A DNA stretch of 64,000 nucleotides, taken from Flaccisagitta enflata. Lineage: Eukaryota. The stretch's first letter is position 1. Each line of letters opens with the position of its first letter. A program made the translations under genes and the position numbers. Shown here piece by piece: positions 10,931 to 28,900 of the stretch. The stretch covers positions 17,236,001-17,300,000 of the forward strand of contig OZ231126.1 of assembly GCA_965153355.1 (NCBI GenBank), in the 5' to 3' direction. A model generated the notes under the pieces. The model worked only from the letters and a program-made list of their open reading frames with translations, made no database searches and was not told where the DNA came from.

Positions 10931-13900
10931 AACTTAAAACATTATGGAAATGACAAACAAGTGTTAGTTCTTCACTTGAGTACAGATACCCTCACAAACT
11001 AATCTATGGCCTTTACACATATTGGCACACGAGCAATCTGGCCGCTTTTAATCGAGTATTAAAAGATAGAGAACCATCTAATTGTCTTCCACCCCCAAAT
11101 CAGCACTCTAGTCCTCAAATCTGCCTTTGGTGACCTAAACCAGTCATCATTGGCCCCTTGAGGATGTCTGAAAATTCACCCCTGTGTCCTACAGGACATC
11201 GGCCCATTGGGTCCCCTGCCCTGCTCTCAATCAACTTCTTCACCTGATCACTCCAAGCAGGGCATCGGGTACCGCTGACCATGTGTGATCCTTGGATGAC
11301 TAGTTTCAACCTATTAACCATGGCCAAAAAAAAAAATGGCACACTCATCTTTAAATGCAAGCTGATTCGCTCTCTTTAGATTAAACTATAGAAAATCAGT
11401 GACCGTTAGAAAGATCTTCGAAAGTTCTTTTAAACTAGACCAAGCAGAATATTGTGAGTTTTTTTGTTTAAAAATGACAACTAAACAGAAGCTGATTAAT
11501 TTTGCTTTTGCCTGAGAAATTCATTCTATCATCAAAATTCTCTTGTTTCTTCTAAGTGCAACGGGTATCAATAAAAATTGAAACGCAGTTCAGAGCAGCT
11601 AGAGACGCAAGCGATTTTTTTCTGGACGTAGACAGTTTCATAGAGCTTCTGCTAAATGTCATGTTCATGGTCTCTTGCTTTATTAGTGTAGTCAAACAAA
11701 CAGTTGAAAGGAAAAGATTCAAAAAGTCATGAATAAAACACATTTAGGGAAGCACAACATTCATGTTTTGTAGACCAAAAGGAAGGTCTTAGTCTCCTCT
11801 TTAATCTAAGACAAAAAACGAGTTGTTTTATGTCTTAGCTTCTTTCAAAACAACCAAAATAAACAATGTCGTTGTTCCCTTTTTTCATGTCTAAATCAGA
11901 CTAAAGAGGGCCACCACTTGTCTTTTTTCTCAGTCTCTTCTCATCTTTCCTGAAAAAAAAGAGCAAAAGGCACTTGAAACCTCTGATCTGCACTTGAAAG
12001 GTCTTGAGAGAGGTCAAAGACTGCAGGGACAGCAGCAGTAGGACCGCAGCAGTAGAACCAGTCTTGTGAGAGGTCAAAAACTGCAGGGACAGCAGAAGTA
12101 GAACCGCAAAGAAAAATTTGCTGTAGTTTGATGCCATCTTGAGTTTTCCCACTAAACTAGGCAATGAAAACAAAAGAACAAAAGACTTTTAAGTATGAGT
12201 GAAGCCTTTTTTCAACTTGCATTTGATTTACTTGGATTGAGTGACATAATTGTTTTTCAATATTTCATCAATGAATCTGACACTTTTAAATTTGAAGTGA
12301 CAAAATTATTCACAAAAAAAAAATTCTGTGATGAACTACATAAGCTATGAAAACATTTGCATTGCCCAGAAATTGCCTAGTTCTCTGAAATTGATTTCAT
12401 TTGTGTCTTGTATAACAAAGGTAATATTGAAGGTAATAAAGAAGTAGCACAAGACCAAATATCTCAATTATCAAACTACTGAAAGTTTGTGTTGCAAAAA
12501 TTGTTTAAGCACATAAAAATATCTCTCATTTATGATGCTAGATGCCAAGCCATTAAGAATTGACATGACTGCAGTATGCAAATGATTTCTTTTTACTTAC
12601 TTTCAAAGTTTGAATCAGACATTCACAGCAGCTTGTATCAATCCTTATTTACATATTGCTGAAAGTTTCTTTTTGAATCTTCAGTGATGTAAAACAGAAA
12701 CAAAAAGGTATTCAAAATGTGAGTTTGGGCTCTGTGCTGTGTGGAAAGAACACTTGACCCAAACTGCATCTATTTCTTTTTTGGTTAAAGAGTTCAATTC
12801 CAATTTTATGATTTTCAACAGCTTGATCTACGCTTGTTTCAACCTGCTATTGTCAAAGGATAAAAGCCCCATCAAAAACTAAATCAAAATACTGCTTCTA
12901 AAGTATGAGTAATCAAGGCCTACAATTCAAATGCAGGTGATTATTATACCATGGAAAAAAAAGTGACACTCCTAGAAATTGATCAAGCCTCCAAATCAGT
13001 AAGACATGTAAGGTATCTACAAAACTATAGTACAAATATATTTGACACTTGTAGCACCTACAGTGACTCATAGCAATGAAAAAAAAAAATCTCAGAAATA
13101 ATTATGAGGGACTGATCAATGACTGTTTAGAAAGAGAGATAATTAGAGTGAGACAGACTGTAACAGCAAAGTGTTAGGTTCTGCCAAATTTTGCGTTACC
13201 TTGATTAAATATGATTTGACCTATTAAACAAGCTTCATGTTTACCATTGTGATGAATAAGGAATTTGCCTGAGGTCACAGATGAAAATGAGAATTACTGC
13301 AGTGAGGAAAAATTTTTTCCTGCTTACATTCAATGACCATATGACATGATCAAATAACCCCGTACTAAGTAAAAAAGACAACCATAGCAGGTTAAAACGC
13401 ATGCAGCAATATGCAAACTAGATTTAGTTCCATTTCTCCAACAACAAAAATCAAAATGATATGAGAATCTCATTAGCATAATGATGTTGTTGTGTATTTC
13501 TGTCACTCTACTTGTTGATGATTTAAAAGAACATACACAAGGCCAAGTAGGGTGCGACATGTGGATCATCAAATGAATGCGCTACCAATCAACCAACCAA
13601 ACGACTGACCACCCGTTGGACACAGCCAGTTTTAGAGGTGCTTTGTTGCACCTGATAATGCAGCTGTGGTGATAGGTCACTCTATCTCATATTGCATAGA
13701 ATGGCTAATATAAACAAGGCCGGATTTATGGCAAGACCGTTGCAGATGGTTGGGCAGGGGCCGTAATGCAAAAACTGCTCGCAGTTCAAAAAAGTTAGTA
13801 GCTTACCAACCTACCAACCTATCAACATGGCGAGGTGTAGAGTCGCGTGTTGGCAACTAAGAACTTAACACATGGTCAACAGGGCAGTCTTTCCTCTATG

Positions 13901-14637
13901 AATTCTCATTTGAAATAAGCAAAATGCTTTATGTACCAGTCACCTTCATTTGTTAGACTGTGAGGAGCAAAATGAAATCAAATATGATAGTGGTCAAATT
14001 ATGGAATAGCTCTGAGGCATCGGAGATTTCAAGATATGGACCTGACTGTTAGCCTGATGGACTAATGATCTACAAAATATCGATTCATGCATCTAAAAAG
14101 AAATGTTGAGGAAGTTTTTTCTGGGATACCATAGAGCTGCAATATGCAAATAAGATTGACAGTGTGCTTTCTCAAGATTTCATTTTGTTTTAGCTGCCAA
14201 GCTAGTTGAAAAAGTGGGTGGAAAACAAGTGGACACTTCTCTATCTCTTAATTTTCAATAACAAATAATCAGACGGCCCATGAGTTACTGAGTGTATAAA
14301 GCATAGATGTTAGGACCTCTTAGAGGAGTGCTAAGTTAAACAAACAGAAATGCCTTGACCTTTTTTTAGGTATTCTTAAGACTGCAAGGAGCAGAATAAG
14401 TTCCAATATCATAGTGGTCAAAGTATGGAATGGCTCTTAGGCATTGCAGATATCAAGAGATGGACTCGACTGTTAGACTGATATACTATTGATCTACTGA
14501 AGGAGGACCTATGCACCTGAAAAAAATGACATTCAGGAAGTTTTTTTATGGTCACTATAGAGCTGCAAAATGCAAATTAGATTGACAGTGTCCCCTCTGA
14601 GCCGTTTGTAATATTTTGGCTTCAAAATACCTTGAAA

Positions 14638-15120
14638 CTAGTTGCCCAAGAATATGTGGTCAGCGATACCCGTTGCCCTGCTTTGCATAGTTGTGAATCA
14701 GAATAAAAGGAATTAGGGCAGCGGCCCCAAAGGGGACAAAGTCCACTGCAGAACACAGGTGACCTTTGTTTGTTTCTCCGTCCGTAATCCATTCCCAAGG
14801 CCCTGTCCGGCTCTCTCAGGCTCTCTCAGGCCTGAAATCTACACTCACAGTCCTGACTCTGAGAGGGCAGGTTTGAGGCCTGAGAGAGCATATTTCAGGC
14901 CTGATAGGGCAGATTCAAGGTCCTAGAGGGCAAATTTCAGGCCTGAGAGGGCAGATTTTAGGATTGAGAAGGCAGATTTCAGGCCTGAGCAGGCAGATTT
15001 CAGGCCTGAAAGGGCTGATCTCAGGCCTGAGAGGGCCTGGGGGAGACAAACAAATGGACAAACAAACTAAAGTTCCTCTGTGTTCTACAGGACTTCATCC
15101 CCTTTTTGGGCCGCTGCCCA
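14638..15120 (-). mobile_element. GGGCAGCGGCCCC-family element inserted in an array unit
   Basis: 21-bp AGGCCTGAGAGGGCAGATTTC repeats and family ends; the flanks rejoin to the unit consensus TTGAAAAAAGGGGT.GAA. Confidence 0.75.
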
Positions 15121-15990
15121 AAAAGGGGTAGAAGACAATTGAATGAATCTCTCTCTCTTGATTCTCATTTATATTTTGCCAGATCACTAGCAAGTCAATG
15201 GTTAAATGAGGGAAGAACTGAGATAACCTTTATGTCTTAATCATGCGTGGTTCTATGTTATTTTTTGGGTCCCTGTAAAACTGTTAGGAGCAAAATGAAT
15301 TTCATTATGAAAAAGATCCAAATATGAAATAACTCTTAGACATTGCTGAAGTCAAGTGATGAACCTATGTATTGGACTATTAGACCACTGATCTACTAAA
15401 GAGCAATCAATGCCCCTGAAAATAAGACATTCAGGAAGTTTTTATTAGGTCACTAGAGTGCAGCAATATAAAAATAAGATCGACAGTAAGTCCTACTGGA
15501 ATCTTTTCTCATACTGTTTCAGCTGTACAAAGGTTAAAATAAAGAGTGGAAGCATAAATGAATAGATTATCTATGTGTCAGCTTGCATTGTTAACCAACC
15601 AGATTACTCTTTGGAGTTCTGACTTGCAGAGTCAATGAGTATGCATTACCAATTCAAAGGTTGGGCCATGAAATAAATAATTTTATATGCCTCAGCCCCC
15701 TCAAGTTCATTAGATTTTTTCAGTGGTTTGTAAGACTGTAAGGACAAAATCACCTATGAGAAAGCAGTGGTCAGTTATGGAATGGCTCTGAGGTATTGCA
15801 AATATCAAGAACTGGACTTGACTGCAAGACTGATGGACTAATGATCTACAAAACGCCGATTCATGCACCTGAAAAAAAGTAATATTCAGAAAGTTTGTTC
15901 TAGGTCACTATAGAGCTGCAATATGCAAACAAGATTGACAGTGTCCCCTCTCAGTGTTTCATACTGATTTGGCTGCAAAATTGGTTGAAA

Positions 15991-16163
15991 CAAGGCCGGA
16001 TACACAGCTACCGTGCGGGTGGGCAGGGGCCACATTTGAGGTCTAGGGACCATCTTGTATAGGCAGAGGTCAAAGAAATGAAATCATAAAAAAAAGTAAA
16101 ATTGCGACCAACCGACCGACTGACAGATGGACAAAGGTGGTTGTAGAGTCACTGGCACGTGAC
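15991..16163 (-). mobile_element. HINE element inserted in an array unit
   Basis: CAAGGCCGGATACAC ... GTAGAGTC..GCACGTGAC ends; the flanks rejoin to the unit consensus. Confidence 0.75.
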
Positions 16164-18120
16164 AAAAAAAGGGGTGGAAAACAAGAGGAAGGTTCTCTGT
16201 CTCTTAATCATCCCTAACAACTGGTCAGATGGCTCATCAGTCAATGGGTGAAAAAGGCATAGACTGGTTCGTAAGGAAATCTGAAGAGAACACGTGACAC
16301 AGGTTCACAAGTTCATTGCGAATGGGTGGGCAGGGGCATCCAACCCCAACGCCCCACTTCATACACACAAGATGTATCCAAAACGCTCAACTTTCCATTT
16401 TTCTACTCAATCACCTCTACAGACAAACCAATGGAAAAAACGGACAGTCAAAGCGTTTTATAGAGTTGCGTGTCTGCAAATATAAACTGAGTTGAGTTAA
16501 TAATTTTTCAAAAATGCAATTATTTTTCACGTTAGCTGATGTGAAAAATTTTTTAAGTGTTTATCTGACAGTAAGGAGCAAAATGAATTTCAAAATGATA
16601 GTGCTCAAATTATGCAATGGCTCTTAGGCATTGCAGATATCAAGAAATGGACTTGACTGTTAGACTGATGAACTAATTAACGACTAAAGGCCGATCTATG
16701 CACCTGAAAATATGTCATTTAGGAACTTTTTTTATGGTCACTGTAGGACTGCAATATGCAAATGAGATTGACAGTGTCCCTTCTCAGTCTTTCATACTGT
16801 TAAAGCTGTGTGATAGGTTGAAAAAAGGGGTGGAAGACAAAAGCATGGTCCTCCATCTCTTATTGCGCACTAATAACTCATAAGTCAATGATTCATTTGG
16901 GGAAGAAAAGAGATGAGACACATGTTATTACTGATGCAGTAAGCACCGATAGATGGCTTTTGTCTCTAGATTATTCACAAAATAGCCTCTAAATACAAAA
17001 TGGTCCAACATACAGGACTCTAGGCATGCTATAAAATTCATGGCTGATTTTTGGACCAATGATCTAAGTTAGAGATAATTTATACCCTGAAAGAAAATGA
17101 GATTCAGGATACTTACAGATTACTATAGAACTGCAATATGCAAATGAGATTGACAGTGTCCCTACCCAATATTTATACTGTTTTAGCTGCATGAACCATT
17201 AAAAAGAAAAGAAGACAGCTTATAGGTCTTCATCTGTTAGTTTTGTTAAAAGCCAACCAGATTGCCCTTGACTCGTGAGTCGTATATGTGGTGGAACTTC
17301 CTGAATAATTGGGGAGATCACAGTCAGCCATCATCTTTTCTGTTCATGCCCCCAAGTGATTTGTGGGATTTTCAGGGTCTTTGTCTGACTGTAAGAGCAA
17401 ACCAAGTCATAAAACATAGTGGTCGGCATGGATTTGGCCTAGGGCCTTTGCAGATATTAAGAAAGTTTCTGATTACACTGCTAGACTGATGGACTAATGA
17501 TCTACAAAATAGCTGATTCACCTTCAAAAAAACATATCTGTGAAGTTTGGTCTGACGTGAATGAAAAGGCAATATGCAACAGATTGGTACCTTCTCAGTG
17601 TTCCATACTGATTTGGCTTCAACATTGGTTGAAAAGAAAGGGGGGGAACAAGTGGAAGGTTCTCTATCTCTCAATTCTCACTAACAACTGATCAGATGGC
17701 TCGTGAGTCCAATAGTTGTGGAGGGCATAGACTGGTTTGTCAGGGGACCTGAAGAGAGGAACTGAATTAAATTCACACTTTTTCAGAAACGCAAAGATTA
17801 GTTATTAGGTTATCTAAGTCAGCCTAACACCCTTTGAGAAGTAACACAGTTTTTTAAGATTTGTTGAAAAGAAGTGTTTTTTTGGTCTTTTTAGACTGTT
17901 AAGAGCAAAATGAATTCCAATATGATAGAGGTCCAATTACAGAATGACTCTTAAGCGTTGCAGATATCAAGAGATGGACTTGATTGTTAGACTTATGGAC
18001 CGATGATCTACTAGAGACCAATCAATGCCTTAAAAAAAAAAGGGTATTCAGGGAGTTTTTTTCTAGGTCACTGTAGTGCTGCAATATGCAAATGAGATTG
18101 ACAGTGCTCCTTCTAAGCCT

Positions 18121-18749
18121 TTTTTTGGCAGCGGCTCCGAAGGGGACGAAGTCCTGTAGAACACAGGGGGACTTTCGTTCGTCCGTTTGTTTGTTCATTC
18201 GTTCGTCCCCCCCCCCCTCATCAGGCCCCTCAGGCCTCAAATTTGGCCTCTGAGACCTCAAATCTGGCCTCTCAGGCCTCAAATCCGGCCTCCCAGGCCT
18301 CAAATCCAACCTCTCAGGCCTCACCTTGGGCCTCTCAGGCCTCAAATTAGGCTTCCCCTGCCTCAAACCGTACCCCTCGGGCCTCAAATTAGGCCTCTCA
18401 GGCCCTTAATCAGCTATCTAAGCCTCAATTTACTGCTCTCAGGCTTCAAATCAGTCCTCTGACCTTTCAAGCCTTAATCCAGCTCTCTCATGCCTCAAGT
18501 CAGCCCTCTAAAGCTTCCGATTGGCCTCATTTCAGCCTTCTCAGGCCTCAGTTTAGGCTCTTGGAGACCTTCAGTAAGCCCTCCATAGCATTTTATCCAC
18601 TTCTTCAGGCAGGACAAACGAAAGTGACCCTGTGATCTACAGGACTTCGTCTTCGGGGCCGCTGCCCTGCTTCCCTCACTCCAATTCACAATCACTCAAA
18701 GCAGGGCAACGGGTATCGCTGACCACATATTGCCCTTGGGCGACCTGTT
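18121..18749 (+). mobile_element. GGGCAGCGGCCCC-family element with 21-bp repeats
   Basis: GGCAGCGGCTCCGAAGGGGACGAAGTCCTGTAG start, CTCTCAGGCCTCAAAT repeats and CAGGGCAACGGGTATCGCTGACC end. Confidence 0.75.
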
Positions 18750-19911
18750 ACTATTTTAGCTGCATAAAATGTCGGGAAAATGGGTGGAAGACATATGGAC
18801 GGTTCTCTGTCTGTCAGTTCTCATTCAAAAATGGCAAGGTTGCCCATGAATGGGTCAAAAGGGTTCTGACAGGTTTGTGGCGATGTCTAAAGGGAAGGGC
18901 AAAGATATTGTTAAGGATATAAGATTAGGTTGCAGTGAGCCCCAATAATTGAGACAAAGAACAACCAATGCAGCCAAGTATCATTTTGCTCTGGCATATT
19001 TCCTCTTCAAAAATACTTTTTATATCACAGTGAAAGAAACTTTTAAACCTACATCACAAAAGATATCTTTTGACATGAACAAAATATGGATCAAATCTAT
19101 AGTTCATGGATTTCATTCTGAAGCATTTTTGAAGTAATAAGAAAAAAAAATTGATTAAAATCATAAACAAGAGAGGTTTAATTGCACTCTACAATATGCA
19201 AATGATATTGAATCTGGCCTGAAGAAAGTCAAAATGTTAGCAAATGAAAATATCTTGTTCTCCTCTTACAAAAATGGCCGTGATTTGGATTTGGCAAAAA
19301 TTTTAGTCAATAGATGCAGAACTCTGAAGGCAGAATCTTTTTGATGATGTTTATCAATCAATCAATCAAACATTTTTGGTTTTAGAAAGCAAGTTTTTGT
19401 CAAGAGGAAGATTGGCTACACCTTTAAAAACCCATGAAATCATTTGCATAATGCAGATATTGTTTTCTCCTGATCAAAATCCTCAGCCACGTTGCATGTA
19501 TGAATTTATTGTATTCTATCATAAATCTTGACTCTTGAAGATGTCCAGTTCTCAAGTATCTTTCTGTTTCATGTCTTGTTCTGGTGGGAGGACACTGTCT
19601 GTCAACAAATCTCACTCATTCAAAAGGAATGTTTATGACCTTCCACTTCAACATTTGTTATCATTGTATAGGTTTTTTGAGGGGACAGGAATAAGGGGCT
19701 TATCTTTTATTAAAATGTCAAAGGATTAACATTGAAAACAAATTCTCAGATTAGTTATCTTTTGAGGAGTTTCAGTTCAGACATTCAAAAGGCATAAAAG
19801 ATGCAATTAAGCCTAGGTTTTGAGAGTTGATTTCAAGGTTAGGATTTAGTCCCATGGGAGGGGTGAATTTAGAAATAGGGATGATTAAGGAAATAGCCGC
19901 AAAAGCATTAG

Positions 19912-20482
19912 ATGGTCAGCGGTACCTGTGCCCTGCCTATGTACAGTAGATGTCGTCTAGACTTGGAAATATGGGGGAATTCATTACAGGAAGATGAATA
20001 AACTTAAGAGAATGTTATTTGGAATATAGATTAATTAAAGGATACTTTATTGCCCATGGGTGTTGGTTCTCCTCCGTCCCTCCCCTCAAATCCCAGTCTC
20101 GAGGCCCAAATTCCAGTCTCGAGGCCCAAATCCCAGTCTTGAGGCCCACATCCCAGCCTCAAGGCCCAAATCCTAGCCTCAAGGCCCAAATCCTAGCCTG
20201 GAGGCTGAGATTTGGGCCTCAAGGCGTGGATCTTGGCCTCTTGGCTGAGATTTTGACATTGAGGCTGAGATTTGGGCCTCAAGACTGAAATCTGGGCCTC
20301 CAGGCTAGGATTTAGGCCTTGAGGCTAGGATTTGGGCTGAGGCTGGGATGTGGGCCTCAAGACTGGGATTTGGGCCTGAGAATGGAATTGGGCTTCAAGA
20401 CTGGGATTTGAGGGGAGGATGTAGGAGGAGAAGGAAAATCCCCATATGTGTGAAAGCATAGGTCATCGACATGGGCTGCCCA
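19912..20482 (-). mobile_element. Element with about 20-bp GAGGCCCAAATCCCAG repeats (family of 3833-4330)
   Basis: Internal repeats in both orientations and the shared motif TGTGTGAAAGCATAGGTCATCGA. A further copy lies at about 55795-56232. Confidence 0.65.
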
Positions 20483-20530
20483 AAGGATAAGAGACAGAGT
20501 GTGACAGAGTGTGACTGTCCTTTTCTCTCT

Positions 20531-25458
<4,928 letters not shown>

Positions 25459-25489
25459 GGATGAAAAGGCTGGACACACCGCTACCCCA

Positions 25490-25950
25490 GTCATATGCCC
25501 TATCCCCTACCTTCAGACACACCCCTGGACTCACCCCTACCTTTTGACTCACCCCTAACCCTAGACTAGCCCCTACCTCTAACTTCCCCCTGCTGCCTAC
25601 TCCACTCCTACCTCTTACCCCACTCCTACCCTTGACTCGACCCCCACCACGGACCTTTGACCCCATACTCAACCTCCACCCCTTACCCCTAGCTCGCCCA
25701 ATCCTATCCCTAACTCCACCTCTACCCCTTACTCCACCCCTAACTCAACCCCTACCCTAACTCCACCCCTATCCCTAACTCCCCCCACCCCAAACTCAAC
25801 TCCTATCCCTAGTCCCACCCCTTCCCTTAACTCCACCCCTTACTCAACCCCTACCCAAGAACTCAACCCTGCACCGAAATCTACTCCTTATCCCAACCCC
25901 TTTCCCACAAGCCCTAAACTGTACACCTTTACCATCATTCTCAACCCCTA
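25490..25950. repeat. Degenerate C-rich repeat (CCCTAACTCCACC-like)
   Basis: Many CCC tracts at 6- and 12-bp periodicity. Confidence 0.8.
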
Positions 25951-28900
25951 GACCTAATTAAATTTCCATTCTTAAACATTACTTGCAATTCTAAACCCTT
26001 GCTATGCATTTAAGCTCTACTTACTTTCCTAAGACTATATTTTCTTTGAAAAGAAAGAAATGGTATTTATAACAATCTTTACCTCTTCTACCCTCCCCTG
26101 CAAAATTTTTCCTTGGTTTCATGTTATTGAAGATGAAAGTTTGAAACTTTTTTCAATGAGTGAGATTGATTGACAGATAGTTTCTTGCTTCCAATTTAAG
26201 AGGCAGATAAAAAAGGTTTAAGCGATTAATATATTATCAAGAGTCATGATTAATCATTGATAAGAAAAAAAGTCAACTGCAAAATATGGATCAATACATT
26301 GATCAGGCCAAGTCAGTTTCTGCAATATGCAAATGATTTCATCAAACTTTGAAGATGCAGCCAATCACTTTTTTGCCTTTAATCATAAACCAACATGGCC
26401 ACAGACACAGTCGCCCAATTGCGGATGGGTGGTCAGGGGCAGTATAGCAAAAAACACATTTTAAAAAAGATACAAATAGACAATTGGACTGATGGACCTA
26501 CACAGCAAGTTTGCAACTGAAGATATTGGATTTATGAATACACAATATTGTTTTGTTAGGAAAAATTTTGACTTTCTAAAGGTTAAGGAGATTGAATCAG
26601 TGTCAATCTCATTTGCATATTGTAGTAGATTAGCTATCCTCTCTTGAAGTAAGATGTTCTTTGCTGTTGACTACAAAAATATTGTTTTTTGAAACCCATG
26701 AACTGACAAGTTGATTTATATTGTTCATCTTTCTTTTTTTTTTCATGTCAGAGGATACTTCTCATTATGTAGTTTCAATCATTTCATCCTCTGATGTGTA
26801 AATAGTAAAATCATATCACCTAAAGGATCTATGTCTATAATTGTTTTTAATTGAGTGTTGGTAACCTGAAGAAAAACTTGGGAACTTTTACTTAAAACAC
26901 AAGTAGGTTTTTGATTCATTGATGATTTGCTCTTTGAACCAGAACTGCTGCTTTAAACGATTTCTGAAGTGGGTTTGCCTGACCTATGGGCCATTACAAT
27001 AGATATCTTTCATGACCTTAGAGCTTTTATATCAATTGACCAGTGTCATATTAGCATTGCTCACATCCTCAAAAATGGATGAAATGTAAATACAGCCTTT
27101 TAAATAAAGCTTTTTCCAAGCAACTTGAGTCCTAATTAGCATATTGTTACGCTATCCAGATCCAGCCTGTTGTGCATTAGAACTCATGAACCAACTAGTT
27201 CTCCTCTAGTCTCTCCTGTCAACCATGGTGCCTGCATTGATAACACTGAATGAGGAGAGACCATTAATCTCATTAGCATATTGCAGCTCTCTTAGTACCT
27301 GATAAGTAGCCATCCCAATGTCAGTTTTAGAGGCAGGTTATTTCATCTCGTTTAGGGAACTAGTCCACTAGTCCAACAATTGATGCAAAAACAATTAGTG
27401 CACAATGTTCTTGAAGCAACTAGATCAGTTGACAGCAACTGTAGTAGCATCCATTTCACTCCTTACTGTTTGATTATGTTTTAAAAAAATATTATAACTA
27501 TAAGATCTTACACAACAAAAAAAGATGAACTTTGCATAGTCAATCAATGAATTTCTCTCCTGGGATACCTCTTTACCGCTAGTATGGTCAACTACTATCT
27601 AGAACATAAGTATATCGACAGTATGGGGATTGGTTAATTTAGCAGTGTAGGAAACCTAGAAAAACCGCCAAAACATGTCAGATACTTAATACTACGTCTT
27701 TGGGTTTCAACACATATTTGTATGTGGATTTTCTAAGCACTTTAACACAAATGCTTTGTATAAATGCATGATAACTCTCCCTCATAAAATCTTATTTAAA
27801 AAATTCCTTAGTGTATGCCATGTTCTCCCTTTTGCTTTAGTTGCAATCCCAATGACTCAGAGAGGTTGAAATCAACCAAGATAATGAAGCAAAGGTGTTG
27901 GGCGCTGTAATTAGGACCAAAAATAGGGTGGAAAAAACCTCTAATCTATCTGAAAGGAGACTTAGTAACTAGTAAAGAATTTAGATGCATTTTTTTGGCC
28001 ATTTTCTAATTGAAGTATCAATCTTGTTTTGCCTGTCAATTCTAAACATCTTAAGCTAAAAGGATGCGGTTTGCGGCATTTGGTCAGAAATTCGAAATAG
28101 TTTCAGAATCTCACTGATTTTTATATAAATTTCTTATTCTTAACAGAGTTATTGCTTAAAATGCCTGTCAATATACATATGTTCTAGATAGTATTTGGAT
28201 AATCCTTTGACCGAGTAAGCATGATTATATAAGATTTATGGAATGGAATCAACCAGTCGTTCCTCAGTCATGTGTTCAGAGTAGAGGGACCGATTAATTC
28301 ATTAGCATATTGCAGCTCTATGTTAGCCTGTCAAATGGCCTCCTGTTGTCATTTTGATAGGTTTGTTGAATCAACCCATGGTGATCATTGGCCCATTTGT
28401 CTAATAACTAACTCAGTCTTTTCAATTATGCAATGTCCTTGGAGCAAGAATATAATTTTACGACTATCATGAGAGCATCTATTTGACTTCCTTAGGATTG
28501 GTTAAATCCCTTAATTCACAAGGTGTAATAGTGAGTTCAGTTATGCTAAAGTAAAGGAGCTGTGTAGCTGCTTCTTGCTTTTGTTCATTCAGTACATTGC
28601 AATGAAATCTGGCTGCAGTTGAACATGTCAAATATTGAAAAGGGATATACAAAATGATTTTAAGTGAGTTCAAATCCATGGTGTCCCAGTTAAAGATCTT
28701 TCCATTTATACTCTGATTGTTTTAAGTCTGATATGCTTTTTTTTGAAAAATAAACTGTCAAATGTATTTGCATTTTTTCAAAATGAATGGCCAACACAAT
28801 TGAGCTTGTCTTTAAAGATGAACATTCATCTTTAAATTTGTTTAACCACACTTGTAATATCTCTTTGTAAATATCAGTCACCTTAACCCTGAATCAAAAT

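Larger units (their letters stand above)
13956..18900 (+). repeat. Tandem array of about 8 diverged 380-510 bp units, each with one octamer-like site
   Basis: Unit starts at about 13956, 14380, 15279, 15734, 16567, 16970, 17387 and 17894. Shared core: GACTGTAAGGAGCAAAATGAA..GTGGTCAAATTATGGAATGGCTCT.AGGCATTGCAGATATCAAGA.ATGGACTTGACTGTTAGACTGATGGACTAATGATCTAC..TTCAGGAAGTTTTT..GGTCACTATAGAGCTGCAATATGCAAATGAGATTGACAGTGTCCC. Four HINE insertions interrupt the array. Confidence 0.9.

Noticed and set aside
12325-12390. C/D-box snoRNA (GTGATGA ... CTGA)
   Set aside because: The terminal stem is weak, I recognise no rRNA guide, and such short boxes are expected by chance in AT-rich DNA.
13956-18900. 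CRISPR-like repeat-spacer array
   Set aside because: Repeats are over 200 bp and diverged, some variable segments are related to each other, the context is eukaryotic and there are no cas genes.
13956-18900. Dscam-like array of alternative coding exons
   Set aside because: Units contain frequent homopolymer indels and stops, with no shared reading frame.
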